A program made the translations under genes and the position numbers. DNA of 62,987 nucleotides, taken from an uncultured virus (IMG/VR IMGVR_UViG_3300035185_000031). Taxonomy: Duplodnaviria; Heunggongvirae; Uroviricota; Caudoviricetes. The notes below the pieces were generated by a model. It was not told the origin of the DNA. It worked only from the letters and a program-made list of their open reading frames with translations, and searched no databases. Shown piece by piece: positions 43,054 through 52,711 of the stretch; positions within the stretch are counted from its first letter, which is position 1; the number at the start of each line of letters is the position of its first letter. The DNA is taken from the IMG/VR virus record IMGVR_UViG_3300035185_000031; one strand, written 5' to 3'.

Positions 43054-46000
43054 ATGGGAGCCGTACTCAAGGAACGTCCCGCAGGCTTCCGTATCTGGCA
43101 ATCCCAGGGACGCTTGCTCGATTCGCGAACCTTCGTCGGGGAAACTCTAGACGAGGTCAAGATCATCGGCAAGAAAGGCGAAAAGATCCTCGTCTGGAAG
43201 AACTACGCTTCCGGAGCCAAGCCTGTGTGGATCCAGCAGAAGAATCTGGAGAAGCACCTTCCGGACCTCATCGATCCCCCAGAAGGTACGACGGATGAGT
43301 ATCCACCAGTAGGAGACATCGGTAGCGGCGGGGAGCTGGAGCCTCTCCCTGGGCAGAACCAGGTGCCCGAGCTGTCCGGATGGATTCCCAGTGTCAAGCT
43401 CAAGAACCTCGCGAAGAAGCTGAAGGCGCAAGGCGTGAAGCCGCAGAACACTTTCTCGAAAGCGTTGGCTGCTGGCGAACCTTTGCCCAAGGAAGTACCG
43501 CCGTCCGCAGGAGGCGTAGACGGCCTTCTCGATCTCCTCGGGATGCCCAAGCCCAAGGAACCGGAAAAGCCAGAACCTGCGGCAGAGCCAGAACCGAACG
43601 TGACGAAAACTCCGGAACCGGAACCTTCGCCAAAGGCAGGGGACCAACCTGCTCTGCCTGCTGTCGAATTCTCAAACGCAGTCCTCAAGAAGGACGTCGA
43701 CTACTTCAAGAAGAACGCGAACAAGCTTACGTCGATGCAGGTGGATTCTCTTGGCTACTACGCGGAGACTGCGGGAGACGAGGGCGACTTCAAGACAGCA
43801 GCAGGGCTCGCGAGTGTTGCAGTCGATCACTACAAGAAGAAGGCAGAAGGGGCCACGCTGCCCGCGGGGAAGTCGGCGTACGCCGCACACATTCAGAAGT
43901 GGCAGAAGGCTCTGGAGGGCTACACGCTTGCCATGATCGGCGAAGCCCCCAAGGAACCTGACGTTCCGGTACCACCGCCGCCCGAGGTCAACGAACCCGA
44001 TCCCGATTTCGTTTTCGATTGGAAGGGCAAAGCTCCGGCTGGATACGAACCGCCATCGCCGGACGAGGCTTTCGAGTTCCAGAAATCTTTGGGGCTAGCC
44101 AAAGACGAGTTCGTGCTTCCCAACGATGAAGTCTACAAGGTTCTCGACCTCAAGCCCACCGAGTACGTGGATCCAAAGGGCGGATTCGTCATCGTAGCGA
44201 GTACAGGGAAGCAGGCAAAGAACAAGCAGGTCACTCCTACCGGGAACACGGTCGAAAAAACGATGTTCGGTAAGGTGAAGACGACTCCTGCGGCAAAGAA
44301 AGCGCCCCCCGAAGATCAAGTCCAACATCCCGAGCCTGAGATCTTCGTCACCCCAAGCAAGGTGACGAAGAAGGATCTTCCTCCTCCGGTCGCTCCTGCG
44401 ATACCGGAACCTGTAAAGCTCTCCGATCAGAAGAAGGCCGCTCTGGAAATGAAGACCCCCGAGGGTCTTCCAGAAATCGACTCCTTGAAGATGGTTGGAT
44501 CTGGCAACTTCCTGGGAGGCGCAGGGGACAAGGTCATCTACGAAGACGACAAGGGTCAGAAGTGGATGCACAAGGCGGCCTACGAAAAAGGAGGCGGAAA
44601 AGCCAAGCCCTACTCGGCTGCCGCGCAGCAGTTGTGGTCTGAAGTCGCTCGTACCGTGGACGACCAGCACCTGGTGGTAGGCGTAACCGAGGTCAACAAG
44701 AAGTTCGGAACGCTTCAGCCCCTTATCGATCTAGATCCAGATCAACCCAACCTAGCGAACGTCAACCCCAAGACGCTTTCTAACGAGGACCGCGCATCCA
44801 TCACACAGGAGCACGTGCTCGACTGGCTCATGAGCCAGCACGACAGCCACGGAGCCAACTTCGTTCGTCGCAAGGACGGTAAGATCCTTAGCGTCGATAA
44901 GGAACAGGGCTTCCGTTTCTTTGGCGAAGACGAGTTGAGTACGGAGTACGCGCCCAACTCAAAGCTCTACGGAGAGAAGCCCCCGTACTACAACGCCTTG
45001 TGGAAGGGAGCGGCGAAGGGGGACTACCCCATCGAGCCCTTGGTGGAGGGCACCAAGAAGACTATCGAAAAGCTGGAGAAGATGAGCACGGCCGCGTACA
45101 TGAAGGCCACTCGTCCCTACGCAGAGACGATCTTCCCAAAAAAGATCCAAGCGCAGAACGATCTCCTGAAGAAGATGCGTAAGCGTAAGCTCGATCTTCG
45201 CAAAGACTTCGAGAAGCTCATTACGACCGTCTACCAGTCGAAGGAGAATACAGATAAGGGCGTCTTCACTTTCGACAAGGGATGGGTCCCCGAAGGATCC
45301 GGACCCAAGAAGGTCAAGAAGAAGATCTCGTTCAAGCTATCCGAAGCTGATTCTCCTAACTCCGCTCTGAAAAAGGAGCCGTCGGGTTGGTACATTTCGG
45401 CTACAGGCTTCGAAGGGTTGAAGATCCGCCCTTACCACAACCCAAAAACTCCGACCGAGAAGGACGACTCGAAGCTGACCATCAAGATCCCGAATGACGA
45501 TCTCAACGGTCTAGACAAGCTGAAGAAGCTATTCGACGAACTCAACCTGAAGCCCTTGGTGAATCCACTCACAGGTAAAGCGGATCACATAGAGGGTAGT
45601 CAGTACATGATGATGTTCGTAGACAAGAAGGCTTTGGAAAGCGCCTCTACGGAGATCGAAGAAATCGTAGAGCCCAAAGGTATAGCTGACGCCCCCTCTA
45701 CTCCTCGGTACTTCACGGACGATCACGAAAACCCCAAGGCAACGGACAACGCGAAGGAGTTCAAGCAAGTCGCTAGTACGACCTTGGGCAAGTGGGGCAA
45801 AGGATTCAGCTCCGACGGTCCCTCGGTGGAAGGTTCTGTCATGCGCGCTAAGCGATACCGCACCGCCAGCGGTCAGGACTACCACTACGTTCACTTCAAG
45901 CTCAGAAAGCCCCAATGGGAGAGTCTCAAAGACTCTGGCAACGAGGGTCAGTGGAAATTCCCGCACGCTTCCTACGATTCGGAGAACGATGTGTTCGTTG

Positions 46001-47034
46001 AGGTGGGCGGTTACTCCGACAGCGTCTCGACTAGAACGTGGAAGATTGGCGACTCCGAGGTGCACTTGGCTACGGGCGCCCACAAGTACGCCTATATGGG
46101 TAGCGTCTACGTGAAGGCGCGTCCCAAGAAAGGAGAAACTGTCGAGGACGTCGTGAAGCAGAGTCTAGACACCATGAAGCCTGGGCTAGCCAAGGACGTG
46201 CTCAGGGATCCCACTCCGGAAGAGAAGGAGACGCATCGACTCAGCCGCATCTTGTGGGCACTGAGCCCTCAAAAAGCCGATGCTCTCAAGGAAGAAGATC
46301 GAACCGTGGAGAACCTCACCAGTATGATCAAGAAGATCAAGGGTGGGAAGGATGCTATGAAAGCCACGGTTCACGAAGAGGTCTATCCTGGATACTCGGC
46401 TCACGTTCAGAAGGGACGTCACAAGAAGCTCGCGGGAGGAAACTTCCGGTTCGCCTTCCACGGTGCTGACGAAGGCGCCATTCTATCGATCCTGAGGACA
46501 GGCCCGATGGGAATCCACGAGCGCAACCAGCATGGCATCGCCAAGACGGGAGTGAGCTACGAGCAGGACGTGAACAGCGGCTCCGGAGACGGTGTTTTAT
46601 GCCACACGGTGTGTGCTAGCGGCGACAACACCTCGATCAACGGTTACTCCTTCGCCAAGTCGTGGCAGGTGGTGATCCACCCGGAGGAGCTGGACCGGAT
46701 GGATACGTACATGTTCATGAAGGACACGTACGGTAGGTGCCGCGAGGACTCTCCTGATTGGACTGGACGCAAGAGCCTCGAAGCTCGCTTGGACGCTCAA
46801 CAGAAGAACGCGGCCACAACGACTGAGCTGTCTTTCCGCAAGGGGGTTCGCCCAGAGCGAATGATGCGCATCGTTGCCCCCTCAGAGTCTGCGCGAAAGG
46901 CCATGATCAAGAATGCAAGAGCTTCGGGTATTCAAGAAGTCAACGGGGTCCCCGTCGAGGACTTCTTCATCATCGAGAAGAACGCCGGAAAGATCTACGA
47001 GAAGTACATCAAGCCCGTAGTGGAGACTGACTGA
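43054..47034 (+). CDS. 1326-aa polyvalent protein: Pro-rich N region, HipA/PI3K-like kinase, C-terminal ART-like domain
   Basis: Kinase ~44460-45220: LGG...K.......KW..K, DWL...HDSHGANF, VDKEQGF. C-terminal ~46440-47020: FHG...IL..G....ER...GI...G.S...D..SG, ELSFR.G, G....NG.PVEDF. Confidence 0.75.
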   Translation: MGAVLKERPAGFRIWQSQGRLLDSRTFVGETLDEVKIIGKKGEKILVWKNYASGAKPVWIQQKNLEKHLPDLIDPPEGTTDEYPPVGDIGSGGELEPLPGQNQVPELSGWIPSVKLKNLAKKLKAQGVKPQNTFSKALAAGEPLPKEVPPSAGGVDGLLDLLGMPKPKEPEKPEPAAEPEPNVTKTPEPEPSPKAGDQPALPAVEFSNAVLKKDVDYFKKNANKLTSMQVDSLGYYAETAGDEGDFKTAAGLASVAVDHYKKKAEGATLPAGKSAYAAHIQKWQKALEGYTLAMIGEAPKEPDVPVPPPPEVNEPDPDFVFDWKGKAPAGYEPPSPDEAFEFQKSLGLAKDEFVLPNDEVYKVLDLKPTEYVDPKGGFVIVASTGKQAKNKQVTPTGNTVEKTMFGKVKTTPAAKKAPPEDQVQHPEPEIFVTPSKVTKKDLPPPVAPAIPEPVKLSDQKKAALEMKTPEGLPEIDSLKMVGSGNFLGGAGDKVIYEDDKGQKWMHKAAYEKGGGKAKPYSAAAQQLWSEVARTVDDQHLVVGVTEVNKKFGTLQPLIDLDPDQPNLANVNPKTLSNEDRASITQEHVLDWLMSQHDSHGANFVRRKDGKILSVDKEQGFRFFGEDELSTEYAPNSKLYGEKPPYYNALWKGAAKGDYPIEPLVEGTKKTIEKLEKMSTAAYMKATRPYAETIFPKKIQAQNDLLKKMRKRKLDLRKDFEKLITTVYQSKENTDKGVFTFDKGWVPEGSGPKKVKKKISFKLSEADSPNSALKKEPSGWYISATGFEGLKIRPYHNPKTPTEKDDSKLTIKIPNDDLNGLDKLKKLFDELNLKPLVNPLTGKADHIEGSQYMMMFVDKKALESASTEIEEIVEPKGIADAPSTPRYFTDDHENPKATDNAKEFKQVASTTLGKWGKGFSSDGPSVEGSVMRAKRYRTASGQDYHYVHFKLRKPQWESLKDSGNEGQWKFPHASYDSENDVFVEVGGYSDSVSTRTWKIGDSEVHLATGAHKYAYMGSVYVKARPKKGETVEDVVKQSLDTMKPGLAKDVLRDPTPEEKETHRLSRILWALSPQKADALKEEDRTVENLTSMIKKIKGGKDAMKATVHEEVYPGYSAHVQKGRHKKLAGGNFRFAFHGADEGAILSILRTGPMGIHERNQHGIAKTGVSYEQDVNSGSGDGVLCHTVCASGDNTSINGYSFAKSWQVVIHPEELDRMDTYMFMKDTYGRCREDSPDWTGRKSLEARLDAQQKNAATTTELSFRKGVRPERMMRIVAPSESARKAMIKNARASGIQEVNGVPVEDFFIIEKNAGKIYEKYIKPVVETD

Positions 47035-47462
47035 TGCCTTTGGATCCGTACGCCGTCTACCGATACCGGGACAAGTCCCACAACTTCGTCTATGGGAGCG
47101 CAGTAGCGATGGGGGTGAAACCCGTCGAGTACCCTCTCGAAGAGACGGGTGAGATGACGAAGGGTGTCCAGTTCGTCACGAATACCGAACGTCCTCACTA
47201 CATCCTCGGAGATCCCAAAGACACAGAGGATGGCGTTCAAATCGTCGACAAGAACAACATCGGAGACGACGGGCAGCCTGTGGTCTGGGAGTTCACTCCC
47301 TTGACTATGGCGGCCTTTGATGATATGGGTCCGGGGATAAGTGGCTACAAGGAGCTACGACAAAAGATCTCCGATGAGCAGACCCTCCACACCTTCTTCA
47401 TCGAGAACTTCCTTCCGGACGACTGGCTCGACGACGTCAAAGAAAAGTCCGCAACGCCCTAG
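47034..47462 (+). CDS. Acidic hypothetical protein coupled to the polyvalent effector
   Basis: TGATG overlap. Confidence 0.7.
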   Translation: MPLDPYAVYRYRDKSHNFVYGSAVAMGVKPVEYPLEETGEMTKGVQFVTNTERPHYILGDPKDTEDGVQIVDKNNIGDDGQPVVWEFTPLTMAAFDDMGPGISGYKELRQKISDEQTLHTFFIENFLPDDWLDDVKEKSATP

Positions 47463-47487
47463 TTGGGCCGCACCTCCCGTCGAAGAG

Positions 47488-47895
47488 ATGCCAGATGAGG
47501 CGGAACCGCCTCCCGCCCGAGAGTACGAGATCTTCTGCGGAGAGTGCAGAGCGCCTATGCGCCTACGTCGCTCTCACCGCTTCGCAGGGCATGGCTTCTT
47601 CTACGGGTGCTCTCGGTTCCCTGCATGTCGAGGGACGCACGGGGCTCACGCAGATGGCAAGCCTTTGGGAATCCCAGCGAACCGGGAGACCAAGGCAGCT
47701 CGTATCTTAGCGCACGCTGCTTTTGATCAGCTGTGGAAGGGCAAGGAAGCTTCCATGAAGCGAGGTCAGGCGTATGCGTGGATGAGGAAGGCGCTAGGAT
47801 TCGAACACATCGGAGAGTTAACGAAAGACGAGTGTGCGGCCCTGCGTGCGTGTCTCTTCAAGGAGTTCGGCATCGAAGCGAAGGACGGAGCATGA
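47488..47895 (+). CDS. Topoisomerase-type C4 Zn finger + DUF3268-like domain
   Basis: CGEC..PM.LR...FYGCSRFP.C.GTHGAH..G.PLG.PA...AR..AH..FD.LW..R..AY.W. Confidence 0.8.
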   Translation: MPDEAEPPPAREYEIFCGECRAPMRLRRSHRFAGHGFFYGCSRFPACRGTHGAHADGKPLGIPANRETKAARILAHAAFDQLWKGKEASMKRGQAYAWMRKALGFEHIGELTKDECAALRACLFKEFGIEAKDGA

Positions 47896-48077
47896 AGGAC
47901 GCCGAACGACGGGAGCGTCGGAAGCTACTCACGTGGCTCGATAGCTCGCTGCTGCGTATGGACACCTACGAGATCAGGTTCCTCGCGTGCATTGCGGGAA
48001 CCATGGTGCTCACGGAGCCCGAGCTAGAAGAGCTGCTCAAGTTCTTCGAAGAGAAGAAGGTCAAGCTCTCCTCTTGA
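47892..48077 (+). CDS. Hypothetical protein
   Basis: ATGA coupling. Confidence 0.55.
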   Translation: MKDAERRERRKLLTWLDSSLLRMDTYEIRFLACIAGTMVLTEPELEELLKFFEEKKVKLSS

Positions 48078-48102
48078 CAATCCCAATCCTTTGGGGTAGG
48101 GT
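48074..48102 (+). promoter_or_regulatory. sigma70-like promoter, probably leaderless
   Basis: TTGACA-17bp-TAGGGT-6bp-ATG (48109). Confidence 0.78.
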
Positions 48103-48108
48103 TTGAGC

Positions 48109-48558
48109 ATGCGTGACCTCGTTGCCTACATGCTGGCTCAGACCTTCGAGGAGAAGGTGGGGAAGTTCCAGAAGGACGGCCATTCTCTTCTGGTCACTTT
48201 CCGGACCCGCATCGACTTCGATAAGGAGGAAGGGTACCGCTATCTAGACCTACTCCTGTACGGTCCGCTCAACTACGTCGGCGTCTACGCTCGCGAGCGG
48301 TGGAACGTGATCTCTCCGGACGATCTGGCATACGGAGACGATGGAGAGTGCATCGGCATCAAGCCCGGGAAGGACTACGACGAGGGGGCTGAGGAGTGGC
48401 GCCGCTACTGGTACCACGACTCCACGTGGCGAGACGGTATTCGGGACGTCTTGCAGAAGTACCGGGATCGCATCACCAGCTTCTCCGGAGGTACCTTCTA
48501 CAAGGTCGTCGAGGCTCCTGCCGAGTTGGAGCACGCCAAGGGTAGGAGCGATCCGTGA
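48109..48558 (+). CDS. Hypothetical protein
   Basis: Start set by promoter geometry. Confidence 0.7.
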   Translation: MRDLVAYMLAQTFEEKVGKFQKDGHSLLVTFRTRIDFDKEEGYRYLDLLLYGPLNYVGVYARERWNVISPDDLAYGDDGECIGIKPGKDYDEGAEEWRRYWYHDSTWRDGIRDVLQKYRDRITSFSGGTFYKVVEAPAELEHAKGRSDP

Positions 48559-48860
48559 AGACGGGAGCGTTGTGCCTACTGCGTGGTGGCGACATCATGC
48601 GTTTCGTAGGACTCCAAGGAGAAATGATCATCGTGGAGAGCATCCGTGGAGGCGGACGCACCTGGCTCTTCGCAGAGGATGTGCTCCACGAGATCACGAC
48701 GGCAGACAACCGGATGCTGTTCAACCGTCTGGCGGACTCTCGCTATCGGCATGAGAGCGAGTACTCGATGATCCAGAAGGTCATCCGAGAACTGCTCGAC
48801 GTTGACATGGAGTACGAAGCCCGACGAGGGTGGATCGTTCACTCCAAGCGGCCGACTTGA
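48555..48860 (+). CDS. Hypothetical protein
   Basis: GTGA coupling. Confidence 0.6.
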   Translation: MKTGALCLLRGGDIMRFVGLQGEMIIVESIRGGGRTWLFAEDVLHEITTADNRMLFNRLADSRYRHESEYSMIQKVIRELLDVDMEYEARRGWIVHSKRPT

Positions 48861-48891
48861 CGCCGCAAGGCGAAAACCTACGAGGGGCACA

Positions 48892-49137
48892 ATGAAGAGC
48901 GCTGAGGAAGTACACGGACTGGCCAAGAGACTCGTCGAGGAATGGGAATCCCTAGATCAGCGCGCGGACGCTATGATCGCCAAGGGGGGCCTCTCCCCCG
49001 CACTCAAGCCCTTCGCGGTGCGGCACATGCAACAGCGCCTAGGGGGTCAGTTGACGTACGAAGCGGCCAGAGACCTGGTGGAACGGGCGTCCGGTTGGAC
49101 CTGGAACGAGGCAGAGAAGGATCCGATCTCTGCTTGA
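48892..49137 (+). CDS. Small helical protein (weak GatB/YqeY C-terminal resemblance)
   Basis: F.V..M.....G......A..LV. Confidence 0.55.
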   Translation: MKSAEEVHGLAKRLVEEWESLDQRADAMIAKGGLSPALKPFAVRHMQQRLGGQLTYEAARDLVERASGWTWNEAEKDPISA

Positions 49138-49208
49138 CAATCCCTATTTGGAGCGTCTGGACGCCCAGATGGCGGGTTTGGCTGCTGAGTGATGTAGGCT
49201 AGGGGATC

Positions 49209-49421
49209 GTGAAAGAGCTACAGGTCAAGCACTGCACCGAATGCCCGTTCCGTCAGAACGAGAGTGAAGCGATGAGAGCCCACTGCGCGGCGGCCGAGTA
49301 CCGAGCCCTGTCAGTGGACACCCGCACGGTTCCCAAGCCCCTGTCGCCTCCGAAATGGTGTCCCCTGCGCTCGGGTGGTGTCATCGTGTGCTTGGGATCG
49401 CAACGCTTCCCCACAGCATGA
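49209..49421 (+). CDS. Small Cys-cluster protein
   Basis: C.ECPF...C...P.WCPL. Confidence 0.65.
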   Translation: MKELQVKHCTECPFRQNESEAMRAHCAAAEYRALSVDTRTVPKPLSPPKWCPLRSGGVIVCLGSQRFPTA

Positions 49422-49975
49422 TCGACTGCCGCATCATTCCCCACTGCGCCTGGGTTCGCTTCGAAGACCTCCGGGATAGGATCCCGTTTGCGCAGTACAA
49501 CGTCAGGGTATTCGGTCGCGAAGTACTCCAGCCTCGTCTCGTGCACTGGTACGGGCCTGTAGCGTACACGTACAGCGGTCTCACGCTCCCTTCAGACCCG
49601 ATGCCTCCATGGCTCGAAGAACTGCGAGAGCGCGTCTCAGAGGCCGCAGGAGCGCCCTTCGATTCCGTACTGTGCAACCTCTACCGGAACGGGAAGGACG
49701 CCGTAGGATGGCACTCTGACGACGAGGAACTGTTCGGGCCGGACCCGGTTGTGGCGTCTCTGAGCTACGGAGCCTCGCGTCGGTTCGTCCTCAGACGAAA
49801 AGCGGACCGTCACTCGAAGACGGACTACTACCTGAACGACGGAACGCTCCTCGTGATGGGCAAGGGCGTGCAGCGCGAGTACCAGCACACGTTACCGAAG
49901 ACGTCACGTCCTGTGGGGGAACGAATCAACCTGACGTTTCGTCAGACAGTGCCAAGTACCTTCGAGATGCTGTAG
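49418..49975 (+). CDS. AlkB-family 2OG-Fe(II) dioxygenase (ALKBH2/3-like)
   Basis: QPRL..WYG, YTYSG, NLYR.G.D.VGWHSDDE, SLS.GA.R.F, H..PK, RINLTFR. Confidence 0.93.
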   Translation: MIDCRIIPHCAWVRFEDLRDRIPFAQYNVRVFGREVLQPRLVHWYGPVAYTYSGLTLPSDPMPPWLEELRERVSEAAGAPFDSVLCNLYRNGKDAVGWHSDDEELFGPDPVVASLSYGASRRFVLRRKADRHSKTDYYLNDGTLLVMGKGVQREYQHTLPKTSRPVGERINLTFRQTVPSTFEML

Positions 49976-49985
49976 AGCTTGGAGC

Positions 49986-50708
49986 GTGATCTCTATCGAG
50001 ATACCTGGGGTAGGCTCGGTACCGATTCCTCCACTCGGCGCACGGACCAACAGGGACACCGGAGAATTCTCTGTCCTCGGCATCCTCGCCTACCTCGAAG
50101 GGGAAGTTTTCGGAAACCCTCCGTCAGTCTGTCCGGTCATCGCCGAAGGCGTAGCGAACGCTGGACGGATCATCCCAGACCGCATCCGACACGAGATCTT
50201 CCTACCCAGGCTCGGTTCCTTCTTGGGCACGAGATCCACAAAACATAACGAGCAGCTCAGGAGTTTTCTGGCTGTGGACTGGGCATGCCGTGTCGGGGCT
50301 CCCCGAGCACTACGCTCTGCGGGGTTGTACGACGAGGTACCGAAGCTAGAAGAATTGCCGATCACGGAGGACCGCGAGAGCGCTTCCCAGACTTCGAAGA
50401 CGGCACGTGCGCTGGCCCAACGGTTACGCTCAGGATTCACAGACGACGATCGACGAGTGATCGCTAACGCCGTACGAGCATGTGATGCTGCCTACAGGAG
50501 CGCCGCTGCTGCCGCCCGAGGAAAAACCAAGCCCGCTGCTTTCTATGCAGCAGACGTGGCACTTTACGCAGGTGCGTCAGATCCGAGCATCTGGGGATCG
50601 TGGGGAGAAATGATCGATCGGCAGGTAGCTCTCACGCCTCACCCCGAGAGGCAGATAGATGCGGAGCACCTACGAATACTTCGTCAGGTCTATTCGGAGG
50701 AACCGTGA
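49986..50708 (+). CDS. Phage hypothetical protein
   Basis: GE....P.VCPVI...D..R....P......GT...E..R....DW..R...P..L..AG. Confidence 0.75.
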   Translation: MISIEIPGVGSVPIPPLGARTNRDTGEFSVLGILAYLEGEVFGNPPSVCPVIAEGVANAGRIIPDRIRHEIFLPRLGSFLGTRSTKHNEQLRSFLAVDWACRVGAPRALRSAGLYDEVPKLEELPITEDRESASQTSKTARALAQRLRSGFTDDDRRVIANAVRACDAAYRSAAAAARGKTKPAAFYAADVALYAGASDPSIWGSWGEMIDRQVALTPHPERQIDAEHLRILRQVYSEEP

Positions 50709-50998
50709 TAGTATCCAGGATCATGGATAGAGCCGCTGTACGCGAGGGCATGCAAATGGTCGAGTCTGCGAAAACTCTCTTGGAGAAACGGAAGCCTCGG
50801 ATCAGCGTAGATGCCGAAGTCAGCTTCACGCACGGCGGGCGTAAGTTCAGGGGGAAGCTCAAGAAGACCGAGTGGAACGGCCCCGGGGAACCGATGACGT
50901 ACATCTGGCAGGGGCCTCAAGGGGGCGAAGTCCGAACCAAGGGCGTGCCAGAGGACCTCGACGTGATTGCAGACGTGCCCAGAAGAAATCGCACGTAG
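50705..50998 (+). CDS. Small SH3-like protein, possibly virion-internal
   Basis: N terminus VRE..MVES..LLE; beta-rich body. Confidence 0.55.
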   Translation: MIVSRIMDRAAVREGMQMVESAKTLLEKRKPRISVDAEVSFTHGGRKFRGKLKKTEWNGPGEPMTYIWQGPQGGEVRTKGVPEDLDVIADVPRRNRT

Positions 50999-50999
50999 A

Positions 51000-51254
51000 T
51001 CAAGACACTACCTTGCGGGATTCCACAACAGGACCGCAACACTCCCGAACAATCTTGATCCTCTTTCCTACGGGTTTCTTAACGAGCTTCAGGTGCACCC
51101 CACGCTTAGCGTTGGTGTCCAGCAGAGAAGAGAGCAGCCTGAGAGCAGTAGGTCGGTACTGCGCGTTGAGCGCTTGAAGTTCCCAAACGTCTGCGGGAAG
51201 CACGTCTTCGCCGCAGCCCCGGCAGGTGAAAACGAACGCGGTTCTAGGAAGCAT
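51000..51254 (-). CDS. Zn-ribbon hypothetical protein
   Basis: FTCRGCG...CCGP. Confidence 0.5.
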   Translation of the reverse strand: MLPRTAFVFTCRGCGEDVLPADVWELQALNAQYRPTALRLLSSLLDTNAKRGVHLKLVKKPVGKRIKIVRECCGPVVESRKVVS

Positions 51255-51291
51255 CCCTAGTCCTTTGCCCTGCTGTAGTGAGTACGGTACC

Positions 51292-51621
51292 ATGCACCGC
51301 ATGAAGCTCCGAGCCCTCGCCGTACTGTTCTTGGTTGGGATTCTGTTCTCTTCCTGCAAGGAGGCCGAGAAGCCAGAGCTTCTTTGCAAGAGCATCACCG
51401 AGGATCATGCTGCGGAGGATCACTGTTCCGTCGACAAGGCGGATTGCGAGAAGACGCTCTCGAAACTCCTCAGCGAGTCCCACGGGAATCGGTGCCCTCA
51501 ACCGCCGTGTAGCTCGTTCTCTGCTTGGGTCGAGTGCGAGCCCCTCAACCAGGACTGCGAGTTGGGAAGCGGCGAGTTCGGCATGCTGTTCTCGACAACC
51601 GAGCACGTACGCTGCCGCTAG
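51292..51621 (+). CDS. Small Cys-rich lipoprotein
   Basis: Lipobox ILFSS-C; multiple Cys. Confidence 0.7.
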   Translation: MHRMKLRALAVLFLVGILFSSCKEAEKPELLCKSITEDHAAEDHCSVDKADCEKTLSKLLSESHGNRCPQPPCSSFSAWVECEPLNQDCELGSGEFGMLFSTTEHVRCR

Positions 51622-51854
51622 CGTTTGGGGATCATGAAGGCGCGACGTAGAGCTATCTCCGCGCCTTTCTTTGCTCCTCCAAGGTCCACAGGAATCTCTG
51701 GAGCCCACGTAGCGCAGGGCTCCTCGGAATCGTCGTCCCTCCAGACCTCCCACGTGTAGCGAGTACCCATCCGGTAGATCACGGCGTGCACGTGTCCGAG
51801 ACGCGCCCGCCATCTCTGATCGTCGGGCAGCCATTCGACGGGCGGAGGGCTCAA
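51618..51854 (-). CDS. Hypothetical protein
   Basis: Start uncertain (TTG). Confidence 0.45.
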   Translation of the reverse strand: MSPPPVEWLPDDQRWRARLGHVHAVIYRMGTRYTWEVWRDDDSEEPCATWAPEIPVDLGGAKKGAEIALRRAFMIPKR

Positions 51855-51934
51855 GGCAACCTGTAGATGGCAAGAGCGAGCAGCATCGACTAGATCTCGG
51901 TGAGCATGGACAAGGAGAACGTAGCACTTCCGTA

Positions 51935-52711
51935 CTAGGACTTGCGCTTCCTCTTGGCGCTGCGCTTCTTGGCTATGGAGCGACCGACGCCTAGAACCGC
52001 AGGCTCGTTTTTCTTTTGGAAGTCCTTGTCTAGCTGAGGCGCTTGCTTCACGTCGGCATCTACGGCTTTCGTCAACAGCTTCCCTGGCTTGTTTATCCGA
52101 CGATAGGTTCTCGACCCGTTGAGCACGAAGCGACCGACTTCCAGCTCCAAGCACTTGTCGCATCTACCGCACGCCTTTCCGTTCTCGGGCTTCTCGCATG
52201 ACCACCAACACTTGTTCGGGACACCGAACTTCTTCAACCCCTCCAGAACTTCGTGTTTCTGCATCCACTCGATGGGGTACTTGACTGTGATCTTTTCGTC
52301 ATTGGGGTAGTAGTGGATAGAGTGGATCGCTTCGATCATGGCTACGGCGTGCCTACGTTCGTGCCAGAAGGTGTCTCCCCGAATGTAGCCGAAGTTCAGC
52401 TCCTGTCCCTTGCCTACGTACGGAACCAGCGAGGAGATCCAGAGAGCTACTTGACTGCCTATGTCGAGAGCCGCGTCTGTCTCAACTCGCACGACGCGGT
52501 GTTTCAAGAATCCGACGTGCTTCTTCTTGACGAAAGCCTTGTAGTTCTCGCGAGCTTCGCGCTGCTTTTCAAGAAGTCCCTGATGCAGCTGGGTGTGCTT
52601 GTCGATGCTCAAGGCGATCACAGGCCAGTGCTGCGTCGAATTCGTCAGCAGCTTGTGGAGGAGATACGTAGAGTCCGCACCTCCCGACCAGATCACGACT
52701 TCCTGGCTCAT
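51935..52711 (-). CDS. Divergent QueC-like PP-loop ATPase
   Basis: VIWSGGADST; P...M.K.EV; WSC.......CGRCDKC; lacks the canonical YGQ, PxRN and YPDC motifs. Confidence 0.78.
   Translation of the reverse strand: MSQEVVIWSGGADSTYLLHKLLTNSTQHWPVIALSIDKHTQLHQGLLEKQREARENYKAFVKKKHVGFLKHRVVRVETDAALDIGSQVALWISSLVPYVGKGQELNFGYIRGDTFWHERRHAVAMIEAIHSIHYYPNDEKITVKYPIEWMQKHEVLEGLKKFGVPNKCWWSCEKPENGKACGRCDKCLELEVGRFVLNGSRTYRRINKPGKLLTKAVDADVKQAPQLDKDFQKKNEPAVLGVGRSIAKKRSAKRKRKS

Noticed and set aside
49134..49165. TTGACA-AT promoter candidate
   Set aside because: No plausible -10 hexamer at 17 bp
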